Of a DNA stretch of 64,000 bases, positions 15,073 to 28,750 are shown piece after piece. A model generated the notes under the pieces. The model was not told the origin of the DNA and did not search any database. It worked only from the letters and a program-made list of their open reading frames with translations. The position numbers and the translations under genes are program-made. This DNA is from Octopus sinensis (taxonomy: Eukaryota). The stretch covers positions 130,262,001 through 130,326,000 of the forward strand of contig NC_042998.1 in NCBI RefSeq assembly GCF_006345805.1. The letters are read 5' to 3'. Position 1 is the first letter of the stretch. Each line of letters opens with the position of its first letter.

Positions 15073-15733
15073 AGAGATAGTAGACCCCTACATCTCACCA
15101 TATAAAAAAAAATATATATTTTTATTTTAAATACCTACTGTTTTATTTCTTGGCAACACGTGTTTCATGAGATACATCATCGGGTTCCTAAACCACTCCG
15201 TGTTTTCCTGGAACCCTTCTTAAAATGTAATCCCAATCATCAGGCCCTTATATCACTTTATCAACGTTCAGTACAATAAACTATATTCTAATTTTATAAA
15301 GCCCTTAAGTATGTGTAAAATAGGTATGTGTAAATTAGTTTCACTGGACTCTACAGTACAAGCCATAATTCAGATAAATATTCAAATAAAAATGAAAAGT
15401 TACAAAAATAAAGTATGCATATATATATATATTCATATATATAATTATGCTTTTAATATGCAATGCATACACTTAGGCTCATTTACAGTTGTCCATATAG
15501 GTAGGTGCACAAGACGTGTATTAACTGACAGTAGTGTCTTTAGAAAATTCTGGGAATTCCTAGTATATTTGAGAAGTTTTCTTCAGCTGCATATGCACTG
15601 ATAATTATATCATATAATTACAATATATACAATTTATATACATACACACATGTACACACACAGTTATATGTATATCGGTCTCATCGTCTGTCTATATACT
15701 TACATACACACGTACATACACACACACACATAC

Positions 15734-15808
<75 letters not shown>

Positions 15809-16210
15809 CTGCAAAGTCTTATGTCACTTTTTGTGTGAATGTATGTTCGTACTATAATATGATCGTAATGATGATTTATATATCTATATCGATATCTATA
15901 TACATGTCTTTGCGGTTTTTTTTTGTGTGTGTGTGCGTGCATGTGCATGTGAATGTAAGTATGTATGTATATTTAGATAAGGCTGAAATTCTTAGGTCTT
16001 ATCAGGAGAGCCCAAGGCGAAACGTTATATTCGAAGAATGAACCATAATTGCTTACTTCTCTATGCTTCTTGTACATTTAGTATCAATATTTTATTTCCT
16101 ACTCATATATTTTATCTTTCATCATATATATATATATGAATATTTATATATGTATATATATATATATACATATATATTCATTCATGTACATATACACGTG
16201 CAGACACACA

Positions 16211-16259
<49 letters not shown>

Positions 16260-16476
16260 CATACATACATACATATGCCTTCCCCCATATATATATATAT
16301 ATATAACTGTTATATGGTAAATGTAATAGTAACATGCAATGTGGAAATGAATATGCGTGTATGTCTCTGTTTCTGTATATCCATCAGGAGGAAGTTTAAA
16401 ACACCTTCTATCACGTATGTGTGCGATTCGTGTGCGAGTTGTATAAAAATATTATATGTATGTGTGTGCGTATGAA

Positions 16477-16509
<33 letters not shown>

Positions 16510-16599
16510 ATCACTTCTAAATTGTTTGCATACCCGCGCAATTTTTATTATGTATGTGCTTGTTTGTGTAAGTCTGTAGCGATTATCTTTATGTTCATC

Positions 16600-19170
16600 T
16601 AGCTTGACTCTATAGGAGAAGATTCACAATAATAAATCTTATGTGTAACGTTGATTTGTTAATTAGCTTTCGCTGGTGGTCTGACCAATATGACATATGT
16701 GATAAAAGCTATTAGAATTTTTTTCACAGTCATACAGGAACAGAGATAAACACACTTGCACGTATTAACTCTCGTTCGTATGCCTATGTAATTCTGCAGT
16801 TGTGTTGTTGCTTATGTGTGTGCTTGCATTGCCATTTTGTGCGTAGGCATCTTTGTATCTGGTTGTTCCTTCTGAGTTTTAAGAATCTTTCCTGTTTTCT
16901 CAAATAGAATTTGCCAACTTTCCTTTTGATAGGCGAACAGATTTTAGGAACTTAGTTATAATGATCCTCATATAGTGCTTATATGCATACCTAGATATAT
17001 ACTTAGAATATAACTGTAAAACTGAAAACAATAATAACATTGATTCTTTTGTAGTTTGTTGACAATTATAAACAGTTGATGTCACACTATATTGCAATCA
17101 ATTTATGGATGACACCCACTTATACATTCCTACACAAGCACACGTGCAGGAATAAAAATATATTATGTTGGTCTTGTCCGGTGGAAGATGTTGTTACCCA
17201 TGGACTTAGCAGGGTTTTTGAACACGTTGAAACTATTGCCATTGGCATACATATGTGTCAGTTTATTTGTATACACCCATCGACATCTATAAACACAGAC
17301 ACGCAAGTACACATCTGAGCCGATGCACTAGGTTGTTCGAATGACTGAGAAATAGTATCACATGGGAAATATCTACAAGAATCAGGAGAATAAATATTAA
17401 AAAATGATAGAAATTTAATTTTTAGATAGGAAATATTTGACTGAAACGCATGGTGAATAGGGAAGAATAAACTGTAACAATGCCGGATTGAGCACGGCAT
17501 TACAGAATGTTGATACACAATATAAAATAATATTGATATGTAGGAAAGTTAGTCATGTGATGTTTATTCGTTTTAAGAGCTCTTGAGATTTGAATTCTTC
17601 ATCGAATACTCACAGCGCAAGCACAAATGTTAATGCAGAAATGGGTATAATCGTTCAAAGCTACGGCGAATTGGCTCATCTCTGTACGTGCAAATTTGCT
17701 GAAACGGGAGTAAAAAAACAGGCGAACGAAATTAAATATCAAAAAAGATCCCTGTTTAGCTGGATTGTAGGCCTGGGCTCTCACGTAATCAAGGATTTTT
17801 ATCCGGAACAGGAACATTTTTGAATCATGATAATTCGAATTTCTTTTTGTGAAAGAAAGATTAAGTTGTTTCCCTTGACTGAGCCCTCCGAATTAAAATC
17901 ATAATTTTTTTACTTGCGAAAGTAACACCGTTGTTGTAGTATACGTTTCGTAATTGATTATAGGCTCCTCTGTACTCCGATCCTTCAACTACCAGGTGTA
18001 TAAATAAACGGTGTTTGTTCCGGTTTCTGACCAGCTGGGCATGCTGTTGTATATCGAGGTTTGTATTAACTAAGCTTTTGACAATCCCATATATCTTCTG
18101 TTCAATCAGTGACTGATAAACAGTTCCGCATTTCATTTTATATTTTATTTTTAGTAGTTATTACTAACAGAACAATTCGAATCATACTGGTGTTTGTGCA
18201 TAGTTTTGGCTGCCACTTCATTATGGTTGCAATTTTATTTTGCCAAAACAACAATAGGTATTATTAGCAGACTCTATGTTAAAGATTTTATAAATGAAAA
18301 GCAAGAACTGTGCATTTATCAAGTTGTGAATGCATTTATCTATATTTCTGGACGCATTTATGTCATATAGCGAATTATACTGTAATATTGTTATGTTATC
18401 TTCACCTGTACATAAAGATCGAGGGGAAATGAATGGTATTACGATATAAATGATCTGAGGTTGTTATTTTTTCACCTTGAATTATTTCATAATCTTGGAA
18501 AATAAAAATTAAGTTTCAATTTCGCGGCCATTTTAAGACTTTCTGCCAATAGTTGTCTATTGTTTTTAGAGTAAGTGACATGTTATACTGTTTATTGCAC
18601 TTATTGTTGAAACAGTTCGTTGAATTCGAAACTGCGGCGGTTGAGAACGCGTTCTTTTTATTTTTATTAGTTTGGCAGTAATGGATATATTACTGATGTA
18701 AATGCTGATATTATACAAGCAGGAACTGCAATACATCACCGTTCATCGAATATCATCTCACCTGAAATTGAATGTATATTCAAAATATATCCAATTTTGT
18801 GTCTCCACGTTGCACAAGTTCTTACGTTTGGTTCAGCACTGCAAAATACTGCAGATGAGGATGATATTTTTTAAACCAGGTATATCAAATGTATTGTTGA
18901 TTTAATAACGTAAATGGCCGAAATGCTTGAATACTGACAGGGAGAAAATCTAATCTACTTAACAACTTCGGATAAAGGTGTTTCGACCAGCAGCAGTTTA
19001 CACCGGCAGCAAAAGAATTGTTGTTAAACATGGTAATTGTTACTCTATCGCATGTAATATCATTACAGAACAGGCAAATGCAAGAACATTCCGTCATACA
19101 AAACAACTAAACACAAACACACCGCTGATATCATCCTCAGAAGTGTCATTGACACTCATCAATCCTCTAC
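16600..19170 (-). pseudogene. Decayed intronless class-B-type (adhesion/Methuselah-like, 7tm_2) GPCR
   Basis: Cys-rich N-terminal fragment (TECSCICLFCND...VNCC), long largely open ectodomain frame about 18460-17861, ICT(x)R/MSQFAVAL near 17690-17655, then helices in the expected order: IIPISALTFVLAL*VF, RINIT*LTFLHINIILY, FCNAVLNPALLQFIL, HICMPMAIVST, CVGMYKWVSSI, YNCQQTTKESMLLLFSVL; many stops and frameshifts. Confidence 0.5.
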
Positions 19171-19229
19171 GTGATCACTCGAGTGTCTACAAATATTACA
19201 CAGATTACAGTCTGTAGTCTTCAAGAAAG

Positions 19230-22160
19230 AGTCACTGGATAATTGAGTGCATGTTATACCATGCCTGACAATTGTAAGATAGGCCATTGCTAAAATGAAA
19301 GCGATTAAGCAATACAATCTAAGAAATCGGACACATAGTTGCATAACCTAACATATAGACTGCATAACCTAACCCCGCGATCACTTAGACGTCTACAGTT
19401 ACCTGTCTCATCCCAGATATCATCACCAAGTACATCCTCAGCAAACTGATTCACGAAAAATACAACACGCCACGTCAATTGAACGCAAAGATCGGAATGG
19501 TACATACATACCACCGGCCACCGGACACATCGTCTGATACCTCAACTAAGCAACGTATAGTTACTACCAGCAGAAATCCAATTCCAAATTCGAACGTATA
19601 TTCCTTCGATCATACGCCACACACATCACCATCCGGGCATATGAAAACCATGCCTGGCCTCACTAAGAATACACATCAACAAGATGGAAACCAACGTAGC
19701 GCATTGTTCATGACCTAACAGGGACAGTCACACTGAAGATAAGGTGATACTGGGAAGAGGCCCCAAGTATGCTACCACTCAGAGACTCCCAGGACACACC
19801 ATCAACATATGTCTCTCCAGATTGTCATACGCGCTACCATGAGCACAGAAGCTCAACAACGATGACCATGACAGAGATCATGACGGAGTTGTCAAACCTT
19901 ACCTATATGAACGGGAGTTCAATAAACTATCACCCGCTAAAGAACACTTCGAGAACAAAGTTGGTTGGCTATGTCACGACCTCCTGAAGAGCATGAGGTC
20001 TGTTAATAGGCGACTATCCCCCGCTAACCTGACGTCCAAGGAGATTTCCATACTGGACACCTTAAAAAAGAAAATCTATACATTCCTGCTCTCAGACAAA
20101 GAGGGAGAATTCTGTGTGATCGACAGGGTCTCCTACGATAAGGCAGCGATGTCTTATTCTGGGGCGATATCTACACCACATATGATCATACAGCTGCGAA
20201 TAGGTTACGAGCAGAGTTGAAAAGAAGCAATGCATTCATATATATGCAAGCTTTCTAGCACACATCCCCTCCACACCACGGTTCTAATACCTAATCAAAA
20301 CTCAGAAGGTCACCAACGACCTGATACAGCTCAAAGTACGCCCGATAATCGCCAGTCCAAAAATCCTCTCTCCAGAAAATAGAGTGGCTTGTAACATGGC
20401 TACTCAAACCACTGCTAGCACACATACCAGCACACTTTGAGAACAGCTGGCAATAACATCGAACTACTCTGTAAGCTCCCACCGAGAACCGTCTCGGACA
20501 GCAACTATGCCTTCAGCCTAGATGTACGGTCCATGCCCACCATTATACCACCAGATGAGGCAATACAAACAATCCAAAAGATACTAACGTGCGGTCAGAA
20601 GCTGGCAGCGGACTGTCCACCTGCAAGCCTCACATCCATCCTTGAATTCTGCACCGCCAACACACCATATACGGACAATGCAGCGGCCTCCCAATGAAGT
20701 CCAGACTCAGTACTATCCTGACCACCCTTAACTAGATGAGCTAGAACGCAAGACAATCTACGCAGGACGATACATCACCCTATACCGAAGATAAGTCGAT
20801 GATGCATTTGTGTTAACTAGCTCAAGAGAGGAGGCTGTCAGGATCCACAATGTCTTTAGCAGCCTCCACCACAATATCCAATTCGACGTTCACGATCCAA
20901 CCGCAAATGGCTCGCTTAGCCTCTTGGACATCACCGTAACCATCACATCGCGACATGCCACAATCTGCTTCTTCGATTCAGCATATCTACCGGCTTGAAG
21001 CATAACGTGTCCTTCAATGAAGTACACCGCCCCATACGCAGTTGCGCCAATGTAAATACGGATTTCATTAACATGTTGTACAGCAGAGGATACAGATCCA
21101 AGTTCAAAGCGAAAGTGTGTAATACTCAAAACACGCGGGTACAACGAGCACCAATACACCACAAGACCATCGACAATAACAGAAGCGACCACAAAAACAC
21201 AGAAACAACAACCGAGGAACCGGTTTCGATAATGGTGACATCGACCACAATAACAACAACACCCACAACAAGAGCAACAGTAACGCCGACAGAGGTAATT
21301 CCTCAAATGGTAACAACAACAACAACAACAACAAACGTGGTGCCACAGCAACGACCACATTGACCACAACAACGAAAATAACAATAAAAATAAAAACACC
21401 GACGCCAACAACAAAGTGACAACACTATCAACGACAATAGCAGTCACGGCGACAAGAGAACACCACCACCAAAGCAACAACAACAACAGAAATAACTTCA
21501 ACAAAGACAGAAAGAAAAAGGAAAGAAGAAAGAGAGAACAAGAGAAGCGAAGAAATAATAAATGGGTATATATCAACCTTCCATACTATGGGGAAAAATA
21601 GAAGACAAGATAAGGCACGACGTCAAAATGTTTGGCCTCTCCGTCAGAATCACGAGACGAGCCCACACTCTTGGACACTACCTCTCTTACAATAACAACA
21701 CACTGGGAAAATGCTGTTTTCAGCGCGCCATCAAAGCAAAACTGAGTCCGGCTATGCTTTGATACAGACGTGATATACGAAATGACATTTGCTTGCGGCG
21801 AAACATATAGGATAGACAAAAAGACAGCTTCATGTCAGAGAGAACGAACACCTTCACAAGGCCACACCACCCAGCGCCATATTCCAAATACTGACAGGGA
21901 GAACAGATACAGTCAACCTGCGAATAAAAGAAGCATATTTCATAAAAAGCAGGATACCCAGTCTCAACCACCGGAATGAACTCGACATCTGGAAATTCAT
22001 CTTCTGCTTTTGGAACCTTTGACCAACGCAAGCAATAACCACCGTATAGAACGTCTGATATACTATCCTTGATCCGAAAGGGCTAATGTTTGTTAAGTCA
22101 TACTTAGTCAGAGAATTAACAACAAGGCTATACGCACACCATCCGTCACTAGATAGGTCC
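19230..22160 (+). mobile_element. Penelope-like retroelement (RT then C-terminal GIY-YIG), heavily decayed
   Basis: LGRGPKYAT, LSDKEGEFCVIDR, VRPIIASPKSSL, SLDVRSMPTIIP, YRR*VDDAF (about 20783-20810), GSLSLLDITV, INLPYYG, VIYEMTFACGETY; ends at (TATC)n. Confidence 0.85.
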
Positions 22161-22162
22161 TG

Positions 22163-22257
<95 letters not shown>

Positions 22258-22269
22258 GTCTGTCTATCT
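22163..22269. repeat. (TATC)n microsatellite
   Basis: Directly visible, at the 3' end of the PLE. Confidence 0.95.
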
Positions 22270-24214
22270 TAAAACCACCAGACCTTAAAAGAAGAATAGA
22301 TTAACTTTAAAACCTTAAAACTTAAAAAAATTTGAACAATTAATCTTTAAAACTTTGAAATTCTCTAACTTCATGACTCGCAAGATTTAAGAAAAAAAGA
22401 ATCCCGAGATTCGTAGAGAATTCTCCGAGAACGTCTTGTAATTTTTCTGTTTTAATTTAAACAAAAAATAAAGTTTGGTTATTTTTGTATCGTCTCAAAA
22501 CAGATTTTTTTTATTTATTTATTTTTTTGTGGGGATGGTATTTATTAAAAACAAACATCTTGGTAATTTCTGCATTGTTGTAAAACGTCTTTTTCAAAGG
22601 TCTCCTAATAGTTCATGTAATCTAATAAAATCTAAACCTTTCACATTGCCTCAGGTTTTCAGTTTTCGTTTTCATTTCTCAATTGTTACTTTCTCTTGTT
22701 CATTTTCTCCCGTCTTCTTCCATAAGAGCTCTGACTTATATTAACTTCTCTTCATTTCTCTTAACTTAGCTAAGTCTTCCCTGTTTTATTCTGATACTAT
22801 ACTTCATTCTCCCCTTTCACCTTCTCAACCTCTCCTACTAACGGCGTTACCCTGTTGTTTCTCAGTATTGTTTTGTGAGGTCAGTTGTTTAGCAGATGTA
22901 AAACTTTCATTCCAAATTAGTGACAGTATATATTGTAGTCAACTATATTGAAACCAATAAAATATTAGCACATATAAATTTAGAATTGTAATCCTTGTCT
23001 TTTGGCATGTTGTTACACTTTCTAAAGTTAACTGTATAAAACGCTGCAGCTCTCGAGTAAAGGAAGTAACTAAGTGAGCAAACAACACGTTTTATGTAAC
23101 CTCTATCTTAAGCAGAATAGTGAAAATAAGCAATATTTTTCTGAAAATCAAAACGATTCCTTTTACTATTTCTGTGATAAGCATTCTAGCGATAGAACAT
23201 TCTTTCGTACTTATAGAAACAATTATAAGAAAAAACAAATGCTCACACTCACATGAAAGCATGCACACATACATATATAAATATAAATATGCAATACATA
23301 AAATATCATATATATTGTGGCAACACCATATGTGAGTATGGAATAATAATGAATTATAAGCTTAAAAGTTCTTTCACATGCTGATACATTTGAAAACCAC
23401 AGCACGTGGCATTTTACACGCCATACCTACACGCACAATCACATATACTGTCAGTTAGACACACACATGCGCATCCTATATAGTGCACTTACTCGTTTAT
23501 ACTTACGCTGGTTAGGCGTTCTTCAGATTCTATTTTATTAATATATATTTTAATATAACTAGTATTAAGCTAATCACTATCTACTGATTATTAAAGCTCT
23601 TTCAACGTAAAAATAAACCATTTAATTTAAATAGCAAATTTCCCAAAGGTAACATGGAGATTTAGTTTTCGTTTACTGCTAATGGACTGGAATCTTAAAA
23701 GTTGTATTAATCCTCTTTGTTCAATCTTGGAGAGCAGATATTTTGATACGAAGCCAAATGCATATATTGAAAACGAAAATTACCAAGTGCATCAATGTCT
23801 TCATCCGCGAAATATATAATCGGTATCATGTGTTAGTAAATAGTTTTTATTAATATTTGATATTAAATTGATGATAGAATTTTCAAAGACAATAACAAGA
23901 AATATGGTTTAGATATATGATGCGAGAAGTTGAATATCAAATTCATTGCATATTTCGTATGACTGAATTTCGAGATGAATTACCTGTTCAGTAACAAAAA
24001 TACAAAATACTTTTACCTATATCATTAAAGTTCATTAGCAATGAAATAAGCAGCCCTAGTCTTAATTGTCATTGTTCAAATGTCATAAAAATCTATCCCG
24101 AAAGGTAAGCGAACGCGTGTTTAAAAACGTGTTAATTCCCAAACGCTACCATTGTTGATCTGAAACATAATAGTACGTACATACATACATACATACATAC
24201 ATACATACATACAT

Positions 24215-24270
<56 letters not shown>

Positions 24271-27264
24271 GTATAGGCATATGCATATATATATATTTAT
24301 ATATACATATACATACATTCATACATGCATAACATCGATGCACACTTGCATATGCAGATCTCTTTTGATCTTTACATTTTTGATATTCATAAGTTCTTTG
24401 ATGTAGTATCATGCTGTCATTACATGTAGAAAACCAGTGACTTATCTGCCATAGATTTTCAGTTAAAATTAGGTTTGCGTTTCGCTCTCATTCTTGGTAT
24501 TATCTCTACTCTTTTCATTTTACATTAACTCTGTTCACCTACTTGTCCAGAATAATTGCCAGCGATGTACCATTTTATCCGTTTTCTATTGCTGAATAAG
24601 TGACGTGTTATGACTGAGGTTTAATTATCCATTCCGCATGTAATTGATCACGCATTGAGCTCTATCTACTATGGCGAGAATCCGCCCATATTGGTTCTTT
24701 CTACTATTATTTAATGAAAGGTTTGACATGTTTTCTACATAGTATTTTTTCTTGTTACGACAGCTCGATATTCACTGAAATATCTTCAGATGTTTATTAA
24801 AAAGTCAGTTTTTGTTTCTGTCAAATTTTGTTCACTATTTATCTTTTACAGGTGACATTTGTATATTTTTAAACAGAATGACAAAGAATTTGTAATACAT
24901 TTCATGCCCTACGCGTGAAGTTAGTAAAGTTTTATCTTTTAGTCATTCTTTGAATATAATTAATGCAGTCTGTTATCTTTCTTGTAATTGTGGTTGCAGC
25001 TGAATCATAAGTACTTGTCTGTTATTCGATGATGAGCTTTAATCCAAGCCATTGTCAGTGTTTCTTACAGCACCTTGTATATACATGTTGTGTGATTTGT
25101 GTATGCAAACGTAGTCATAAAATTGAAAGATTTACTCTTGTTCGACTAGAGATTTGTAGCAGCATCAGTCGACTGGTTTACAAGGAAGGGAATCGCCATG
25201 CCAGAATCCAGATTACGAATTGATTTTCCTCGTAAAAGTTAATGGTTAAGCAAAATATTTAAGTATTAACTTGATGACATTTTCTGTTCTAATTTCCTCT
25301 CAGTTAATAACTCCTTAACATATAGCTGCTGTACCCGACACATTGGATGTTTTTCATTTCAAAATAGTTAGGAATTTTTGGTTTATAAAATACTGCAAGT
25401 CATAAATAACAACCCAAGGGAAATAGTTTGGCAGAGTCGGTGGAATCTAACAAAATTATATTTCCTTGTTAATTTACATCCTTTTCCTATCTCAGTTTGA
25501 GACCTGCCATCGTTGCTGAGAATATAAGATGAGTACAGGCTAACAATCGATATAATCGACAGTTCGTAATGTGACAATCATCAAATCACTATCTTATAAC
25601 ACATCAACAGGAATAACAACAATACTGTTGCAAATAAAATAATTATTGGCTCTTGTATTGCATCAATGACAATATTTTTTGACTGGTAAAAAACTAATCT
25701 ATCCTTGGTGCATCATTTGTCAAAACTGAAATAATGAATGTCATTGACAGTGGTATTAAAACACAACATTTCACTTATAGAATGAAAAAATTAAAATAGT
25801 ATTCAGCTCAACAGTCCACACTTCTACTTACTACAAAGATTCGATGAACTTAAATTAGTAATGGCATACATAAAAAAAATATATATAAAATATTTTGAGG
25901 GTGCAAGTTACGAATATTTGATACAGGACGCAGATTTTGGAAGGTGATCGATTCAAACATTGCAGTACATATCTAGTACAATTTTATTGATTCCGTTGAG
26001 AATAGTATCAATAACATCAATAGAATTATATGTATCTTATAATTAGAGGCGAAGAAAAAGATCATTGATAAATAAAGATAAACTTTTCATATCAATATTG
26101 CTAAACTAACATATATAAATTACGAACGCACTCGACAAATATATTAACAATATCGATAATTATATTTTTGAATACCATTATCACCATCATCATCATCGTC
26201 GTCGTCGTTGTTGTTGTTATCATTTTTATTATTGTTATTATTCCATTGAGCGGCAGATTTGTTAGAGAGGCATACATGTCTCATAATACTTATTCCAGCT
26301 TACTTTCTGAATTTAAATACCGCCGATCTGAACTTAACTTTCATCCTTCCAGCAGCTGTGAAATAAAAACTATTGAAGTCCTGTCTATGTTAAAAAAAGA
26401 AAGAAAAAACAGTTCTTGTGCCCAACGCAAGTTTCTGGCTTCTGTACCTATGCTAGAATTGATTGTAAGTACAACGGATCGTCGGATCATTATGTCGAAG
26501 GGTCTGATCTGACTCTTTCAATACAGAATTGGAATCCCACTGCCGTTAACTTTTCTTTTCATCATTTCGGCGTCTATAAAATAAGAGTCAACTGTTGTTG
26601 ATTATTTAATCTACTAACACTCACTTCACCTACAATCGTAGTACCGAACTGGTATAAAGCAGCTGGTCATTTAGACACCACAGAATTAGAGAATGATATT
26701 TCGATAGAGTCTAGGAGCAGATATGTCAGCATAACTATTCCACCAGGTTTTTATAGTAAAATAAATCGGCATATTTGTACTGTTGGGTTCAAATATATAC
26801 GAGTAACAAAGCTGGTTTGTTGATAAACGACACACGCAGAAGTCGATGAGTATCAAAAGGAGATCTTGAGACCAAATTCTATGAAAGATGATATAGTTCG
26901 GGCGAGTAGCAATTAAAATGAATACCATGGACAAGAGAAAATTTTATCTTCATTTCTTCTGATAGTATCATATGTCTGTATTAAGTGAACATGATGGATA
27001 AGACAACTGAGATAAATATCTGGTAGCTGCTTGCGACTGTGTTGTAATTCAAACGTGATGAAGAGCACCTCATACATGTACGAACGTTTCACAAGAACTA
27101 GTCGAGGAGTTGAATGGATTTCCTGGCACTGACAGATCGGGCATGTGTGGAGAAAATGCTTGACTTACTCTAACAAACATTAGACAACGGATTTTGGAAG
27201 TGGATGACAGAATGCTTTTAGTCAGATGCCCCTTATAAGGTACCAATAAGAATTTCAGGGTTTT

Positions 27265-27870
27265 CTACACAAAATATCAAGCAGAAGAAGCATGACCATA
27301 ATTCCTCCTCAGTCCGTTGTCACAAATACAACAAAGACAATCACCAGGAGAAAAAACAGCAGTTACAGCAACAAAGTCAATGGTAACAATAGCAACAACA
27401 ACAACGGCAATGGCCGCTCTAGTACCACCATCAACCTCCATGAACTGAATCTTCATTAACGGCACAGAAATAGTAATTCTACAAGTCGATGTGGCACCAA
27501 TACTTACAAAACGTCTCCCAGATATGCTTTCGTTACCTGCAAATCACAAACAAAAGCATACATGCGAAGACACACCGCCTTTCTCTCCTTTAGCATCGTC
27601 TGATCCAGATAACTCATCATGTCTTGCATGAAGAAACCACAGAATGTTGATAAGGCGGCAGCTTTTTTTTCCAATGAAATAGTCACTGACATTGTCTCTG
27701 TCAAACCCAAAACTGCAACTCCAAAATTAATAAAGAAAATATTTTGTTAAGCTCCTTGAGCGTGCCAACAAGAACATGAAAACCCCAGACTCAACAACAG
27801 AAAAATAAACCACAAAGGTAACCATTAATGTATCCACTGATCACTTACTAAAGGGATTCACAAAAATCTT
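27265..27870 (+). other. A/C-rich insertion inside the TLR pseudogene, possibly a LINE ORF1-like relic
   Basis: Composition switch and loss of LRR motifs; low-complexity Thr/Ser/Pro/Lys-rich translations (KHTCEDTPPFSP); family not identified. Confidence 0.25.
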
Positions 27871-28341
27871 TCACTACAACTGGATATAGAGCCAAACTTT
27901 CTCTCATCTTAGAATATATCATGATATAATATTAATAAAAGCTTTTAAATTTGTTATCATTTGTAGAGATATTGAACTTTGGGTGAATATTCTAATCCCT
28001 GGAATTTCTTTTATATTTTCGTCCTTATAAAACTAAAATTTCTGCATGTAGAGAGCAGGACCTTAAATAACATTGATCCACCAGCAGGTTATTTTGCCTC
28101 TGATTCATAGAGCGAAGCGGAAATTATTTAATGAAGCGCAGAATGATTAACTATTATATTGAAATTCAGGGATCCTAAACCAATAACGGAGTTCGAAACA
28201 ACCGCCAAATCTCCTTCAGTTCCGTAACATCTTCAAAGTGCTGAAGGCAGATGAGATAAAATAATTCTAAATCTCCTTATTATGCCGCATGTTCTCTGCT
28301 GGAATACAATTGATCATAGGTCAATAATAACCTCTAGAGCT

Positions 28342-28515
28342 ATCATCATCGCCGTCGCCGTCGTCGTCGTCGTCGTTGTCATCATTATCATCATCATCAT
28401 CAGCAACTGCTACGATAACAACTGCAGCAACTATTGCAGCAGCAGTAGCCCCTGTAGTAGTAGATGAATATGAATATGAGGAAAATGAATACGAATATGA
28501 ATAGGAATATGATGG

Positions 28516-28546
<31 letters not shown>

Positions 28547-28750
28547 ATGGTGATGATGATGATGATGATGATGGTGATAATGATGATGATGAGGAGGAGG
28601 ATATTGACGATGATGATGATGAAGAAGAAGACGAAGAAGAAGAAGAAGAAGAAGAAGAAGAAGAAGAAGAAGAAGAAGAAGAAGAAGAAGAAGAAGAAGA
28701 AGATGGTGATGATGATGATGATGATGATATGATGATGATCATGATCATGA
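28342..28750. repeat. Compound trinucleotide microsatellite (CAT/CGT/GAT/GAA)
   Basis: Directly visible; interrupts the LRR-coding relic. Confidence 0.95.

Noticed and set aside
16610-16760. Class-A GPCR reading (TVKKILIAFITYVIL and a degenerate NPxxY at 16610-16627)
   Set aside because: The upstream helices already complete a 7tm_2-type bundle; these motifs need several assumed substitutions and are probably chance
17614-17698. 85-bp minus-strand exon candidate with good acceptor and GTGAGT donor
   Set aside because: Lies within the continuous GPCR relic and no partner exons were found
19230-22160. Naiad-type selenoprotein PLE
   Set aside because: The endonuclease is C-terminal, and stops are mixed TAA/TAG/TGA with frameshifts, i.e. 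decay
24550-25240. Possible LRR/Sushi-like coding relic on the minus strand (LNLSHN, GFWHGDSLPC)
   Set aside because: Only two isolated short motifs and no sustained frame
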